Shown here: positions 24,979 to 34,734 of the stretch, piece by piece
Numbering within the stretch: position 1 is the stretch's first letter
Layout: each line of letters opens with the position of its first letter
Assembly: GCA_041752595.1 (NCBI GenBank)
Contig: JBGSWE010000003.1
Span: 13,720-77,719, forward strand
Direction: 5' to 3'
DNA from: Candidatus Saccharimonadales bacterium
GTDB taxonomy: Bacteria > Patescibacteriota > Saccharimonadia > Saccharimonadales > JACDBH01
Length of the DNA stretch: 64,000 bases
Translations under genes and position numbers: made by a program
Notes under the pieces: model-generated
What the model was told of the DNA's origin: nothing
Databases searched by the model: none
The model's input: the letters and a program-made list of their open reading frames with translations, nothing else

Positions 24979-25038
24979 GTTTCGGGAGTAATCTCACCGA
25001 AACCAATACATTGTAGCATAAAAGTGTAAAAAAGTCAA
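24979..25038 (-). promoter_or_regulatory. cassette B promoter plus 5'-terminal stem-loop
   Basis: Minus strand: TTGACT (25038-25033), 17 nt, TACAAT (25015-25010). Then hairpin GTTTCGGTGAG-ATTA-CTCCCGAAAC (25003-24979), which covaries with cassette A. Confidence 0.7.
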
Positions 25039-25055
25039 TGGTTATATACGTAGAT

Positions 25056-25934
25056 TTACAGGGATAAAGCAGCGTAAATAGTCTTAGAAAAATCAGCTAT
25101 TGGTGCAGAAGAGCCAGAGCCTTGTCCCAAAATTGCCACAACAAACACGCGTCCATCTGGCATGGTCATTATGCCAATATCGTGATAATTCTGATCTTCG
25201 TTCCAGCCAACTTTTGTTTCCCATTTGGCTTCTGGCGCTCCGGTTTGAAGACCGCGCTTGAACTTGACTTCTTGAGTGAGCATGGCATCTAGTAAAAACG
25301 CCGTGTTTTCATCATTTAAATCACGTTTGTTTACGATGTGTTGCAGGATCAGCGCAGAATCTGAGGCCGAGGTACGTATACCGTTAAAGAATGTGCCTGT
25401 CATGCCCATATCTTTGACCCGTTGGTTTAGTGTAGCTTGGCCAATGTCGGCCATCATCGCTTCGCCGCAGGGGCTATTTGATTCACGAATCATTTTGTCT
25501 ATGCATTCTTTTCTGGTAAATCCACCGGTTAATATTTCGTCTGGGTTCATGTCGCCGTTTTGGATATCTAATAATGACAGGTAAGCGACATAAATTTTGT
25601 ACAGACTGGCTGCAAAGATGACCTCATTCGGAGTATTCTCTGCGATTGTTTGCTTGCTTTGGGCGTCGTAAACAGCAATGCTGTAATCGGCTGATTGGTT
25701 TTCTACCCAAGTGTTTATAACTGGCTGGAGGTCTGGCGAAGTATAAACAGGTTTGGATTCGGCAGGATCTGTAACAGTTTGGCTTGAAGTAGCTTGGGGT
25801 GCTTCAACTTTGTTTTTTTGACTAAAGATAAACCAGCTCACGCCAACCGCAATTAAAACCAGCACGCCAACAAAAAGCCAGCGCTTGGAAACGGATTTTT
25901 TGCTTTGTTTGGGTGAATATGAGTAGTAGGCCAT
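25056..25934 (-). CDS. class A beta-lactamase-like serine hydrolase, membrane-anchored
   Basis: N-terminal TM and an S-x-x-K motif (FAASLYKIYV). Overall class A/transpeptidase-like layout. Confidence 0.65.
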   Translation of the reverse strand: MAYYSYSPKQSKKSVSKRWLFVGVLVLIAVGVSWFIFSQKNKVEAPQATSSQTVTDPAESKPVYTSPDLQPVINTWVENQSADYSIAVYDAQSKQTIAENTPNEVIFAASLYKIYVAYLSLLDIQNGDMNPDEILTGGFTRKECIDKMIRESNSPCGEAMMADIGQATLNQRVKDMGMTGTFFNGIRTSASDSALILQHIVNKRDLNDENTAFLLDAMLTQEVKFKRGLQTGAPEAKWETKVGWNEDQNYHDIGIMTMPDGRVFVVAILGQGSGSSAPIADFSKTIYAALSL

Positions 25935-25969
25935 AACTAGTTAGATATTATACCTGTTAAAATATATAC

Positions 25970-27577
25970 ATGCAGACGTATAGTTATGATTCTGGGGTAA
26001 AACCACGCCGCAAGCGTATATATATTTATATTGCATTAGTAATTACCCTGATTGTTTTGGGAATTGTAATAGTTAGATATTTTGCACCAACAAGCGTAGA
26101 GCAGTCTGTAAATCAGCTCCAGTTTGACGACAGTGTTTCAGAATCAGAAAAAAAGATTATTCAGGACGCAATCCGTGAACAGAATATTTCTGTAGACGGA
26201 TCGGTTTCGCTTGGTGTAGAAATGTCATATGCGCCGGGTGTATCGCCAAACCAATACCTAGAAGCATATTTACCAGTAACAGCTTTTTATAACTCCAAGC
26301 AGAATGTTAACTCTGGCGAACTTGGAAATGAGCAATTATTTATGCCCAGCAGTACTGATGCCAAAGTTAAATCCGATATAACTAAGTTTGTTGATGCTAA
26401 CAAACAAGATACTAGCAATATAACCATCGGATCTGTAGAAAATATTGAGACAGAAATTTCTGATAAAGAAATCGCACTTATTCCAGCCTCTTTACTTACA
26501 GATAAAGTGAAGCTATTAAAAATGGATGAAACAGGCTATTATCTTGATGCATTTAATACTGGCGCTTTGTTTCGTTATGCAACATTCACTGGGGATTCCA
26601 TAGATCAATTAGCTAGCCTTAAACTTAACGATCTGCCCACTAAAGACAGGGTGTTTAGAGTAAACATGACAGGAGTTACTGCGCTTACAAGAGTGATGCA
26701 AAAGAAACTGGCTACAGTTAGTGGTCCACTTTATTTTAGCGAATTAATTGGCGACTTTTTGGCTGATGCAGATATTACGCATGTATCTAATGAAGTTTCT
26801 TTTAGGGCGGGCTGTCAGTACAGTAACACCCTGTTTTGCTCACCACCTGAGTTTATAGAGACTCTCAAAGATAGTGGTGTAGATCTGGTTGAACTAACTG
26901 GTAATCACAATAACGATAACGGCAGTATTTATAACCAAGAAAGTATCAATTTGTATCGTAGTTTGGGTATGGCTACATTTGGTGGTGGAATTAATTCCGC
27001 TGAAGCTGCCAAACCTTATCTTGCCGACCAAAAGGGAAGCAAGGTTGCATTTATTGGTTATAACATGGCTGATGGGGCTGGCAGTGGAGCTATTGCCGGC
27101 GAATCTAGCGCCGGTGCTAATTTTTATACAGAAGCAAAAGCCGAATCCGATATTCGAACCGCCAAACAAAACGCACAGTTTGTGGTTGTAAATATTCAGT
27201 ATGCCGAATGCCAGGCGTACCCGACTGGTTATGTAGAGTACCCAGAGTGTGATGGTCCAATTGGTGGCCAACAAGAGGCATTTCGTAAAATGATAGATTT
27301 GGGTGCTGATATGGTTGTAGGATCTTCTGCGCACCAACCTCAAACCTACGAAATTTATAACGGCAAATCAATTTACTATGGGCTTGGTAATTTATATTTT
27401 GATCAAACTCAGTGGCCAGGTACAGAAAGAGGCATAATACTAACTCACTACTTTGTTGCTGGTAAACTAATCCAAACAAAATTATCACCAACAAGGTACG
27501 ACAAAAGCCTACAAACACGCCTTTTGGATGATGCGGAATCTGTAAAACTGTTGGACCGCCTAAATGCTGCTAGGTAA
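25970..27577 (+). CDS. CapA family (PGA_cap) protein, second paralog
   Basis: N-terminal TM. TGNHNNDNG, VNIQYAE and VGSSAHQPQTYE metallophosphatase-like motifs. Confidence 0.78.
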   Translation: MQTYSYDSGVKPRRKRIYIYIALVITLIVLGIVIVRYFAPTSVEQSVNQLQFDDSVSESEKKIIQDAIREQNISVDGSVSLGVEMSYAPGVSPNQYLEAYLPVTAFYNSKQNVNSGELGNEQLFMPSSTDAKVKSDITKFVDANKQDTSNITIGSVENIETEISDKEIALIPASLLTDKVKLLKMDETGYYLDAFNTGALFRYATFTGDSIDQLASLKLNDLPTKDRVFRVNMTGVTALTRVMQKKLATVSGPLYFSELIGDFLADADITHVSNEVSFRAGCQYSNTLFCSPPEFIETLKDSGVDLVELTGNHNNDNGSIYNQESINLYRSLGMATFGGGINSAEAAKPYLADQKGSKVAFIGYNMADGAGSGAIAGESSAGANFYTEAKAESDIRTAKQNAQFVVVNIQYAECQAYPTGYVEYPECDGPIGGQQEAFRKMIDLGADMVVGSSAHQPQTYEIYNGKSIYYGLGNLYFDQTQWPGTERGIILTHYFVAGKLIQTKLSPTRYDKSLQTRLLDDAESVKLLDRLNAAR

Positions 27578-27596
27578 AGCACGGGGTATTAATTTG

Positions 27597-28232
27597 TTAT
27601 TTAATGCCCAAAATAATAACACTACTTTTGAAGCTATTTTCTAAGATTTTTTTGCTTTCATCGCTGACTGCAGATTTGTAGGCAGTACTAAGATCTCGGT
27701 TGTAGGCAACTAATGATTCGTTAAGAATTCTATTAAATACTTCATCAAAACGGTTGTTGGTAGCGGCAGCCTCGAGTTCTGCATCAACAGATGCCTTTTT
27801 GCTCAGTGCCAACTCTTCTTTTTCTAGTTTTGCTCCTCTAGTTTCAAGATAGGCTATCAGCTTTTGCTGTTGTGTAGTAGTGCTAAGACTGGCGTTGTAG
27901 GCTAGTGCACGTATTTCAGGATCGTTGGCTTTGGTTTTGCCTAAATCGGCAACTCGTATTAGTTCCTGTTGCTGAAGTGCTAAATCTTTAAGTCCCTGTA
28001 TATCGCCTTTGCCTGCATTAGCAAGAATTGTGCCAACAACAGATGCGATGATAATTAAAATTAATGCCCCTCCAGCTACAATAATTATGCGCTTTTTGAA
28101 TGATCCACCACCCATGCCAGAGGTTTTGTTCGGTTGACTTGGGTTAGTTATAAAGTCGTAGGGGTTTTGTTGTGGGGTTTGTTGCATCGGGTCCATAGCT
28201 TGTATTTTAGCAAAAATAAGCATAACTATCAC
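27597..28232 (-). CDS. hypothetical membrane-anchored protein (start uncertain)
   Basis: ORF track. Gln/Pro-rich N-terminus, one TM (IIIVAGGALILIIIASVVGTIL), helical C-domain. Confidence 0.55.
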   Translation of the reverse strand: MIVMLIFAKIQAMDPMQQTPQQNPYDFITNPSQPNKTSGMGGGSFKKRIIIVAGGALILIIIASVVGTILANAGKGDIQGLKDLALQQQELIRVADLGKTKANDPEIRALAYNASLSTTTQQQKLIAYLETRGAKLEKEELALSKKASVDAELEAAATNNRFDEVFNRILNESLVAYNRDLSTAYKSAVSDESKKILENSFKSSVIILGIK

Positions 28233-28263
28233 CTATTAACCCTTACCTATATACTATTGTCAT

Positions 28264-30018
28264 ATGGATGCTGTAACGGAGATAAAAGCCAAGTTACTTA
28301 TTGAGGACGTGATTTCCGAGTACGTCCAGTTAAGGCGCTCTGGGCGTAATCTAAAGGGTTTAAGCCCGTTTGGCAACGAAAAAACACCAAGTTTTATGGT
28401 TAGTCCAGAAAAACAAATTTGGCACGACTTTAGTTCTGGCAGGGGCGGCGATATGTTTACCTTCATTCAAGAGGTTGAAGGTTTAGATTTTAAGGAAACC
28501 TTAGAACTTTTAGCCCGAAAGGCCGGTGTAGACTTGGATCAGTTTAAGGGTAATTCTAAAAGTAACGCCAAAGAAAAAGATCGATTATACGAAGCAATCG
28601 AATTAGCAACTAGATTTTATCAAGCTCAGCTCAAAAACTCTTCTCAGGCACTAGAATATTTATTGAAAAAACGCGCCTTCACAAAAGAAACCGTGCTTTT
28701 GTTCAAGCTCGGCTATTCGCCAAATACTGGTGATGCTTTGTATACATTTTTAAAATCAAAGGGCTTTTCTGATCAAGAAATGACCCGAGCAGGGCTTATT
28801 ACTAAACGCTACCGTGGCCCCGGTGACATGTTCCGCGGTCGTATCATGGTACCGTTATCGGACGCGCAAGGTAGGGTGGTTGGCTTTACAGCGCGTCAGC
28901 TTATTGATAACAAAGAATCTCCAAAATATATCAATACTCCAGCCACTCTTTTATATGACAAGGGCAGACAAGTGTATGGCTTGCATCTTGCAAAGGATTC
29001 TATACGAAAAATTGGCTATAGCGTCGTAACCGAAGGTAATTTAGATGTAATCGCTAGTCATCAAGCCGGAGTAAACAATGTTGTCGCATCAGCTGGAACT
29101 GCTTTGACCGAATCGCATCTTAAGGATTTGAGTCGCTATGCGGGCGATATTAGATTTGCATTTGATGCTGATAAGGCAGGCATAAACGCAACTGAACGGG
29201 CAATTCCGCTTGCTCAGAAGGTAGGTGTTAACGTCAGTATTATTACAATTCCAAACGGCAAAGACCCTGACGAACTTGTAAGACAAGACCCTAAGCTTTG
29301 GCAAGAAGTTATCGACAAACATCAGTACGCAGTTGATTGGCTTATCGATCGCTACCAAGCCGAGCTTGATATAGAAAGCGGTAAAGGAAAACGTGAATTT
29401 ACGGATATAGTTCTAAATATTATAAGGGGCCTAAGCGATCAAGTAGAGCAAGATCACTATATTTCTGTATTAGCCAAAATAACTGGTGTGAGCGCTGATG
29501 CAATGAGGTCAAAATTGAATAATAAGTCGCTAGCAGCACCAAAACGTCTAAAAAAATCCAACATTCCAAGCAGCAAAGATACCAAGGAAATAATTGAACA
29601 ACGTAAAACCGAGCAACACTTGTTGGCATTATTATTAATGCAGCCCCAACTCAGAAATTACGCTCCTGCACTTACTGACGAAATGTTTTCTGACGATAAA
29701 TCAAAACAGCTTTATATATTTTTGAAAGAAAATCCAGATTTTACCGGGGAGGCAAAAGAGTTAAAAGCATTGCAATCTATCGCAGATTATGTAAAAATTA
29801 CTTCATTACTATTCGATGAGTTATATCGATCGCTCGAGATTACAGAACTTCAGTACGAAGTCACTCGATTGCAAGAACGCTTGGTTGCGCAGTACGTCAA
29901 ACACCAAAAACAAATTATTAACGAAAAATTAGAGTCAGCTGACGACTTAGAAATTCGCCGTCTTTTGACAGCCGATAAAGAACTCAACAACTTATTAAAA
30001 CTAACCAGAAGGAATTAA
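28264..30018 (+). CDS. dnaG: DNA primase
   Basis: CHC2 zinc-finger region (GLSPFGNEKTPSFMVSPEKQIWHDFSSG), TOPRIM (VVTEGNLDVIASHQAG...FDADKAG). Confidence 0.95.
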   Translation: MDAVTEIKAKLLIEDVISEYVQLRRSGRNLKGLSPFGNEKTPSFMVSPEKQIWHDFSSGRGGDMFTFIQEVEGLDFKETLELLARKAGVDLDQFKGNSKSNAKEKDRLYEAIELATRFYQAQLKNSSQALEYLLKKRAFTKETVLLFKLGYSPNTGDALYTFLKSKGFSDQEMTRAGLITKRYRGPGDMFRGRIMVPLSDAQGRVVGFTARQLIDNKESPKYINTPATLLYDKGRQVYGLHLAKDSIRKIGYSVVTEGNLDVIASHQAGVNNVVASAGTALTESHLKDLSRYAGDIRFAFDADKAGINATERAIPLAQKVGVNVSIITIPNGKDPDELVRQDPKLWQEVIDKHQYAVDWLIDRYQAELDIESGKGKREFTDIVLNIIRGLSDQVEQDHYISVLAKITGVSADAMRSKLNNKSLAAPKRLKKSNIPSSKDTKEIIEQRKTEQHLLALLLMQPQLRNYAPALTDEMFSDDKSKQLYIFLKENPDFTGEAKELKALQSIADYVKITSLLFDELYRSLEITELQYEVTRLQERLVAQYVKHQKQIINEKLESADDLEIRRLLTADKELNNLLKLTRRN

Positions 30019-31137
30019 ATGCCAGAAGATCCAAAGATCGCCAAAGATGCTAAATTACAAGAATCAAAAAAGAAACTATTAGTTAAGGGCAAAAAAGACG
30101 GTAAACTTGATCAGCGTGATATTTTTGCAGCTATTGCAGACACGCCTGAAAACGTCGATTTACTAGATTCGCTATATACAGAACTTGGCGAAGAAAATAT
30201 TGAACTCGTTGCCGCAACCGAGCCATCGGCAGAAGATTTTGACGATAAATGGACTGGTGAAGACGGCGAAGAAATTATTCTCGATGACAAAGTTTATCTA
30301 GATGACATTGCCGACGACTCAGTACGTTTGTACTTACGCGAGATTGGTAAAATTCCACTTCTTACATCAGAACAAGAGCTCACACTCGCACACCGCGTAG
30401 TTGCCGGAGAAAAAAAGGCCAAAGACGAAATGGCCGAAGCTAATATGCGATTAGTTGTTTCTATCGCTAAGCGCTACGTTGGTCGTGGTTTGGACCTACT
30501 CGATCTTATTCAAGAAGGAAACACAGGGCTACTTAGAGCTGTCGAAAAGTTTGATCCAGATAAAGGTTTCAAGTTTTCTACCTATGCAACTTGGTGGATT
30601 CGCCAAGCTATTACAAGGGCGATTGCTGACCAGGCTCGTACGATTCGTATCCCTGTGCACATGGTTGAGACAATCAACAAATTACTACGTACGCAGCGCC
30701 GCTTAACACAAGAACTTAACCGCGAGCCAACCAACGAAGAAATTGCTAAGGAAATGGAAATCGACGTCGAAAAAGTCGAGCACATCATGAAGATCAAGCA
30801 AGATATTTCATCACTTGACGCAAGTGTGCGTGACGACGAAGAAGACAGTGTGCTTGGTGATTTCATTGAAGACGAAGACACTGCATCACCAGAAGAATCT
30901 GCAGCCGGCCAATTACTTAAAGAGCAGGTTAAAGATTTGCTAGGTAGCCTAACTGAGCGCGAACAAAAAATTCTAAAACTACGCTTTGGGCTAGAAGACG
31001 GTAAAAGTCATACCCTAGAGGAAGTTGGTCAAGAATTTAGTGTTACCCGCGAGCGTATTCGTCAGATCGAAGCCAAAGCGCTTGCCAAACTTCGCAAGCA
31101 CAAAGACTCTAAAAAACTCCTCGACTACATCAAGTAG
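30019..31137 (+). CDS. rpoD: RNA polymerase sigma factor RpoD/SigA
   Basis: Region 2 ([30 protein letters not shown]), region 3, and region 4 ([24 protein letters not shown]). Immediately follows dnaG. Confidence 0.96.
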   Translation: MPEDPKIAKDAKLQESKKKLLVKGKKDGKLDQRDIFAAIADTPENVDLLDSLYTELGEENIELVAATEPSAEDFDDKWTGEDGEEIILDDKVYLDDIADDSVRLYLREIGKIPLLTSEQELTLAHRVVAGEKKAKDEMAEANMRLVVSIAKRYVGRGLDLLDLIQEGNTGLLRAVEKFDPDKGFKFSTYATWWIRQAITRAIADQARTIRIPVHMVETINKLLRTQRRLTQELNREPTNEEIAKEMEIDVEKVEHIMKIKQDISSLDASVRDDEEDSVLGDFIEDEDTASPEESAAGQLLKEQVKDLLGSLTEREQKILKLRFGLEDGKSHTLEEVGQEFSVTRERIRQIEAKALAKLRKHKDSKKLLDYIK

Positions 31138-31140
31138 AAC

Positions 31141-31716
31141 TTATAGTAAAAAATCCGCTTCTATTAGCACACGATCTAGCTCTTGAATCATAGTCATCGG
31201 GTCTTTGTCGTTGTTTACCGTATAGTCTGCATTAGCAATCGGACCACCTTTTTCGATGTTTTCAATCTCGGCGTATTCTCTGGCCGTAACCTCGGCCTCA
31301 TTTAAGGGCCTAATTGGTCTATGTGCCAAGCGTTCATGACGCGTTTTCCTGGGTGCAGTAATTGCAACAATCAGACATTTGTCACCAAAGTGTTGTTTGA
31401 CAACTTTGTATTCACTCCAACTGTATAGTCCATCTGCCACTACTTTGTCATGAGTTTTTAGTAGCTCTTCAATTTTAGGAATTATACGTAGTGCAATTGC
31501 CGCCATACCGTCTTTCGCGCGGAACTCTTCGCGTACAATCTTTTCCCAAGTTTCAGATGTCTCGCCGTTATGACGACGCTTGGTTTCTTCCACTACAACA
31601 CCACCAAAATACACAGAAGGAATATTTTTTGTTGCGAGATAGTCAATGCAAGTGCTTTTGCCAGCACCAGACATACCAACTATAAATAAAATTGACGGAG
31701 CACTCACTTTAGTCAT
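31141..31716 (-). CDS. P-loop nucleotide kinase-like protein (CoaE/dNMP kinase-like)
   Basis: P-loop VGMSGAGKST. Size and layout of small nucleotide kinases. Specificity not assignable. Confidence 0.55.
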   Translation of the reverse strand: MTKVSAPSILFIVGMSGAGKSTCIDYLATKNIPSVYFGGVVVEETKRRHNGETSETWEKIVREEFRAKDGMAAIALRIIPKIEELLKTHDKVVADGLYSWSEYKVVKQHFGDKCLIVAITAPRKTRHERLAHRPIRPLNEAEVTAREYAEIENIEKGGPIANADYTVNNDKDPMTMIQELDRVLIEADFLL

Positions 31717-31756
31717 TACGCCTATTGTAACAGGGATACGATATACTTTACCAATA

Positions 31757-31785
31757 TTGACAAAACAGGTAAAATTTGCTAGAAT
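31757..31785 (+). promoter_or_regulatory. consensus-like sigma70 promoter
   Basis: TTGACA (31757-31762), 17 nt ending in TGC, TAGAAT (31780-31785). Confidence 0.6.
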
Positions 31786-31824
31786 ATGTCTATTAAAGTA
31801 TAGAAGTCACTAGAATACTAAAAT

Positions 31825-32925
31825 ATGATTATTGATACTCAAAATGAAGCACAATTTGTTCAAGAGAACCTCGATAGCGTAAGGCGTGAAATACACGCGC
31901 GTCACACTCATCAGTTAAATGAGCAAAAAGACGCACTTGTTTCGAATCCAAACGTAAGACAAATCTTAGGTGAAGTAGCGCAAATTCGCGGTGTTGAGTC
32001 AGATACTGAATACGAAGATTTTGCAGGTCTCTATACTTCTATGCGATCTGTGTTTGATTTTCGCACCAAAGCAGACGGTTCTTACGGTGAACGATGGGAT
32101 GCAGAAGCTAATGCAAAAGAATTCTTAAGTAGCTGTAGCCCAGAACTCACAGAGAAAATTTATTCACTTGCTGAACAATTCGGTCTTACAGGTGATACAG
32201 TTCCTACGGATAAAAAAGCTAAAGCGGCGGTAATTTTGGGTGGTGGAGGCAAATCGCCACTTGACAGAACTCAGTACGCAGCCGACCTGATAGCCGGGGA
32301 TAAACTAGATCCAGACTATATAATTTCTTTAGGAAGTGAACGTCCTATTGATGAAAAACGTGACGACAAGGGTGAGAACGAATACGATCGTGCTGGTGAT
32401 TATGCAAAAAGTGCAAAAACAGAGTATGACTTGATGGTATGTGCCGCACAAGAAGTATTTGATGCTGAGATTTCCGACAAAGATGTTATTGAGTGGTCTG
32501 ACCCAGAAATAATGGGTGGTTTGCCTAGAATTCATAAGATTGCATACATTAAAGCAACAGAGTTTCATCCACCAATTTTTATTATATCTTCTGCAATCCT
32601 CACTTATCCATTTCGTGCCACACAAGTTAATGGTGTAGATAAAGAAGTAGTACGGAATCGTGCTAACACAGAAGATACTTTTGCTACGCTTGCTAAGATG
32701 ACCGGCTTTGAGCCAGGTAGCAAACTTGTAGCCATAACTAATGCGCACTTTAAGCCATTTCAAGGTGCTGCGGCATCGGGTCAACTTGGCGAATATGGAA
32801 TGGATACAGAAGTTGTTGGATATGATCCTGGGCGCTACAATAACTCACCTAAGCGTACGGACGAACTTTTGCAAGAAATGCTTACAACAGCAAGTTCTCT
32901 TACTAAAGCAACTAAAAATTTATAG
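31825..32925 (+). CDS. hypothetical protein (366 aa)
   Basis: ORF track. AAVILGGGGKSPLDRTQYAADLI weakly recalls DUF218/YdcF-like proteins. Not assignable by eye. Confidence 0.5.
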   Translation: MIIDTQNEAQFVQENLDSVRREIHARHTHQLNEQKDALVSNPNVRQILGEVAQIRGVESDTEYEDFAGLYTSMRSVFDFRTKADGSYGERWDAEANAKEFLSSCSPELTEKIYSLAEQFGLTGDTVPTDKKAKAAVILGGGGKSPLDRTQYAADLIAGDKLDPDYIISLGSERPIDEKRDDKGENEYDRAGDYAKSAKTEYDLMVCAAQEVFDAEISDKDVIEWSDPEIMGGLPRIHKIAYIKATEFHPPIFIISSAILTYPFRATQVNGVDKEVVRNRANTEDTFATLAKMTGFEPGSKLVAITNAHFKPFQGAAASGQLGEYGMDTEVVGYDPGRYNNSPKRTDELLQEMLTTASSLTKATKNL

Positions 32926-33195
32926 AATAAGCATTCTATAAGATTTCTCACTTCATCAAACTGCGATGTGTGACTAAATGGGAGTGCGTTATTTAATAAT
33001 CCGGATTTGGTATCAACTTTGTTGTTCTTGATACTTCATAAGGTGAGGGAGGCGTACTTTTGAGTACGAGTCGCATGCGACTAATCTTTATTTTGTGTTG
33101 CAACAAGTTGGCTCTAGCAAAACGCGGCTAGAGGCGGTGGCTTAATCGGAAGCCGATTGGTGCCAATACACGGTGAACTAAGGAGATTTTGAACT

Positions 33196-33795
33196 ATGCA
33201 AGCTATTAAACAATTAAACCCAGTCATTAGAGCGGTCGCAGTGATTACAGCAGTTATGGCGCTGGCAACAGGCGCAACTTTTGCAGCACTAAGTGATTCG
33301 GCAACACTAACAGGCAACACTATTGGTACAGCCACGGCAAATGCTAATTTGTTACTTTGGGATGGAGACAGCTTTGAGCCCGCAGCCCCAGGATTTGAAG
33401 TTACCGACTTAGTCCCAGGTGAAGAATCTGAGCCATTTAACTTTTACTTTAAAAACGATGGTAATATAGAATTGGATCTAACAGCAAGCGTGCCAGTTCT
33501 ACCTGAACTGAGCGATGGAATCACAGCAAGTGATGTAACGCTCACGTTCTATGGATCTTGTGATGATGCTCCCGTGCCAGCTACATTAGCAGCATTAATT
33601 GCTGGAGATGTGGAATTACCATGTAACCCACTTGAAGTAGGTGCACAAGGTGTAATTGGCGAAACTGACAACGATGCCAACTACTGGGTAACAGTAACGG
33701 TAGACGAATCTGTTGCACTAGATGAAACTAGCGAATCAGTTGGTGCGTTTGACATCATCTTTGATGGAGTAGCTCCTGTCGTAGAGGAAAGTTAA
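33196..33795 (+). CDS. TasA/camelysin-like secreted protein with a SipW-cognate-type signal peptide
   Basis: Signal region ...AVITAVMALATGATFAALSDSATLTGNTI resembles the TasA-type (A)F(S/N)D signal. SD AAGGAG. Followed by a SipW-like peptidase gene. Confidence 0.65.
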   Translation: MQAIKQLNPVIRAVAVITAVMALATGATFAALSDSATLTGNTIGTATANANLLLWDGDSFEPAAPGFEVTDLVPGEESEPFNFYFKNDGNIELDLTASVPVLPELSDGITASDVTLTFYGSCDDAPVPATLAALIAGDVELPCNPLEVGAQGVIGETDNDANYWVTVTVDESVALDETSESVGAFDIIFDGVAPVVEES

Positions 33796-33820
33796 GGCAT
33801 AGAACCTTAAGTAGCAAGCT

Positions 33821-34687
33821 ATGACCGGCAAATTCCGTAAAGCCTTAAGTCTAAGTGTGACCGCGCTGTTCATTGTGTTCAGCGCGGTCATGCTGGCTTT
33901 TGTTTTGCCAACCGGCTGGAAGGCATTATCAGTGCAAACGGGCAGTATGGAGCCTTCGATTAGCCCAGGAGATTTAGTGCTTGTTCGTAATATTCCAGCT
34001 GCCAACTACCAGACTGGGGACGTTATTACATTTGTAAACCCCGAGAATAAGCAGCAGACAATAACACACCGCATTGTTGGTATAAATGAAGGTTCGCGCC
34101 GAGTGTATGTAACCAAGGGCGATGCAAATGACCAACCTGACCGCCCTTTTAATGAAACTCAAGTAGTAGGTAAAACTATTTTTACGGTACCGTTTTTGGG
34201 TAGGCTAGTAGATTTTATGCACACAATCCCAGGTTTGATATTAGTAATTTACATCCCAGCAATTTGGATGATAAGCATAGAAACAAAGCGCTTAACTGCT
34301 TATTATCGCCGTATTAAACCTTATAGTTTGTATGGTAATAAAAGACCACATGGTTCATATATGCCAGCAATAATGTTTGCGAGCACTCTCGTATTAGCAA
34401 TTACGTTGACTGTTTCGGTGCCAGTCTATGCAGCAATGAAAACCCGCGTAACATTAACCGGAAATACAATAACCTTGAAATCTGTAAAAGAAGATAACAA
34501 TGTGGTTACCTGCAAAAATAAGACCAATGTGAATATCAACAGCACCACTAACCAATCAGCATATTCAGACAATGTTTCTATAAATGGTAATACTAGTACA
34601 GGCTCAGCAACGAGTGGCAATGCAAGCAATACGAGCTCTACTTCTATCGGTATTAATGTAACAAACGGTAGTTGTAAACCAACATAG
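33821..34687 (+). CDS. signal peptidase I, SipW/archaeal-ER type, with extra C-terminal TM and an Asn/Ser/Thr-rich tail
   Basis: Catalytic Ser box TGSMEPSISPGDLVLV, ITHRIVGI, TKGDANDQPD. C-terminal NST-rich low-complexity tail. Confidence 0.8.
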   Translation: MTGKFRKALSLSVTALFIVFSAVMLAFVLPTGWKALSVQTGSMEPSISPGDLVLVRNIPAANYQTGDVITFVNPENKQQTITHRIVGINEGSRRVYVTKGDANDQPDRPFNETQVVGKTIFTVPFLGRLVDFMHTIPGLILVIYIPAIWMISIETKRLTAYYRRIKPYSLYGNKRPHGSYMPAIMFASTLVLAITLTVSVPVYAAMKTRVTLTGNTITLKSVKEDNNVVTCKNKTNVNINSTTNQSAYSDNVSINGNTSTGSATSGNASNTSSTSIGINVTNGSCKPT

Positions 34688-34734
34688 TTTAACAATATTG
34701 ACTAAGTAATTAATCTGTGATATAATATAGTTAA

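Noticed and set aside
32926-33195. Possible c-di-GMP riboswitch upstream of the TasA-like gene, tempting because a GGDEF gene is adjacent.
   Set aside because: I could not find the conserved GEMM-I elements (GGCAAAC...GACGCAAAGC...) or the class II core by eye. Only generic hairpins are present. Left as an Rfam check, not a call.
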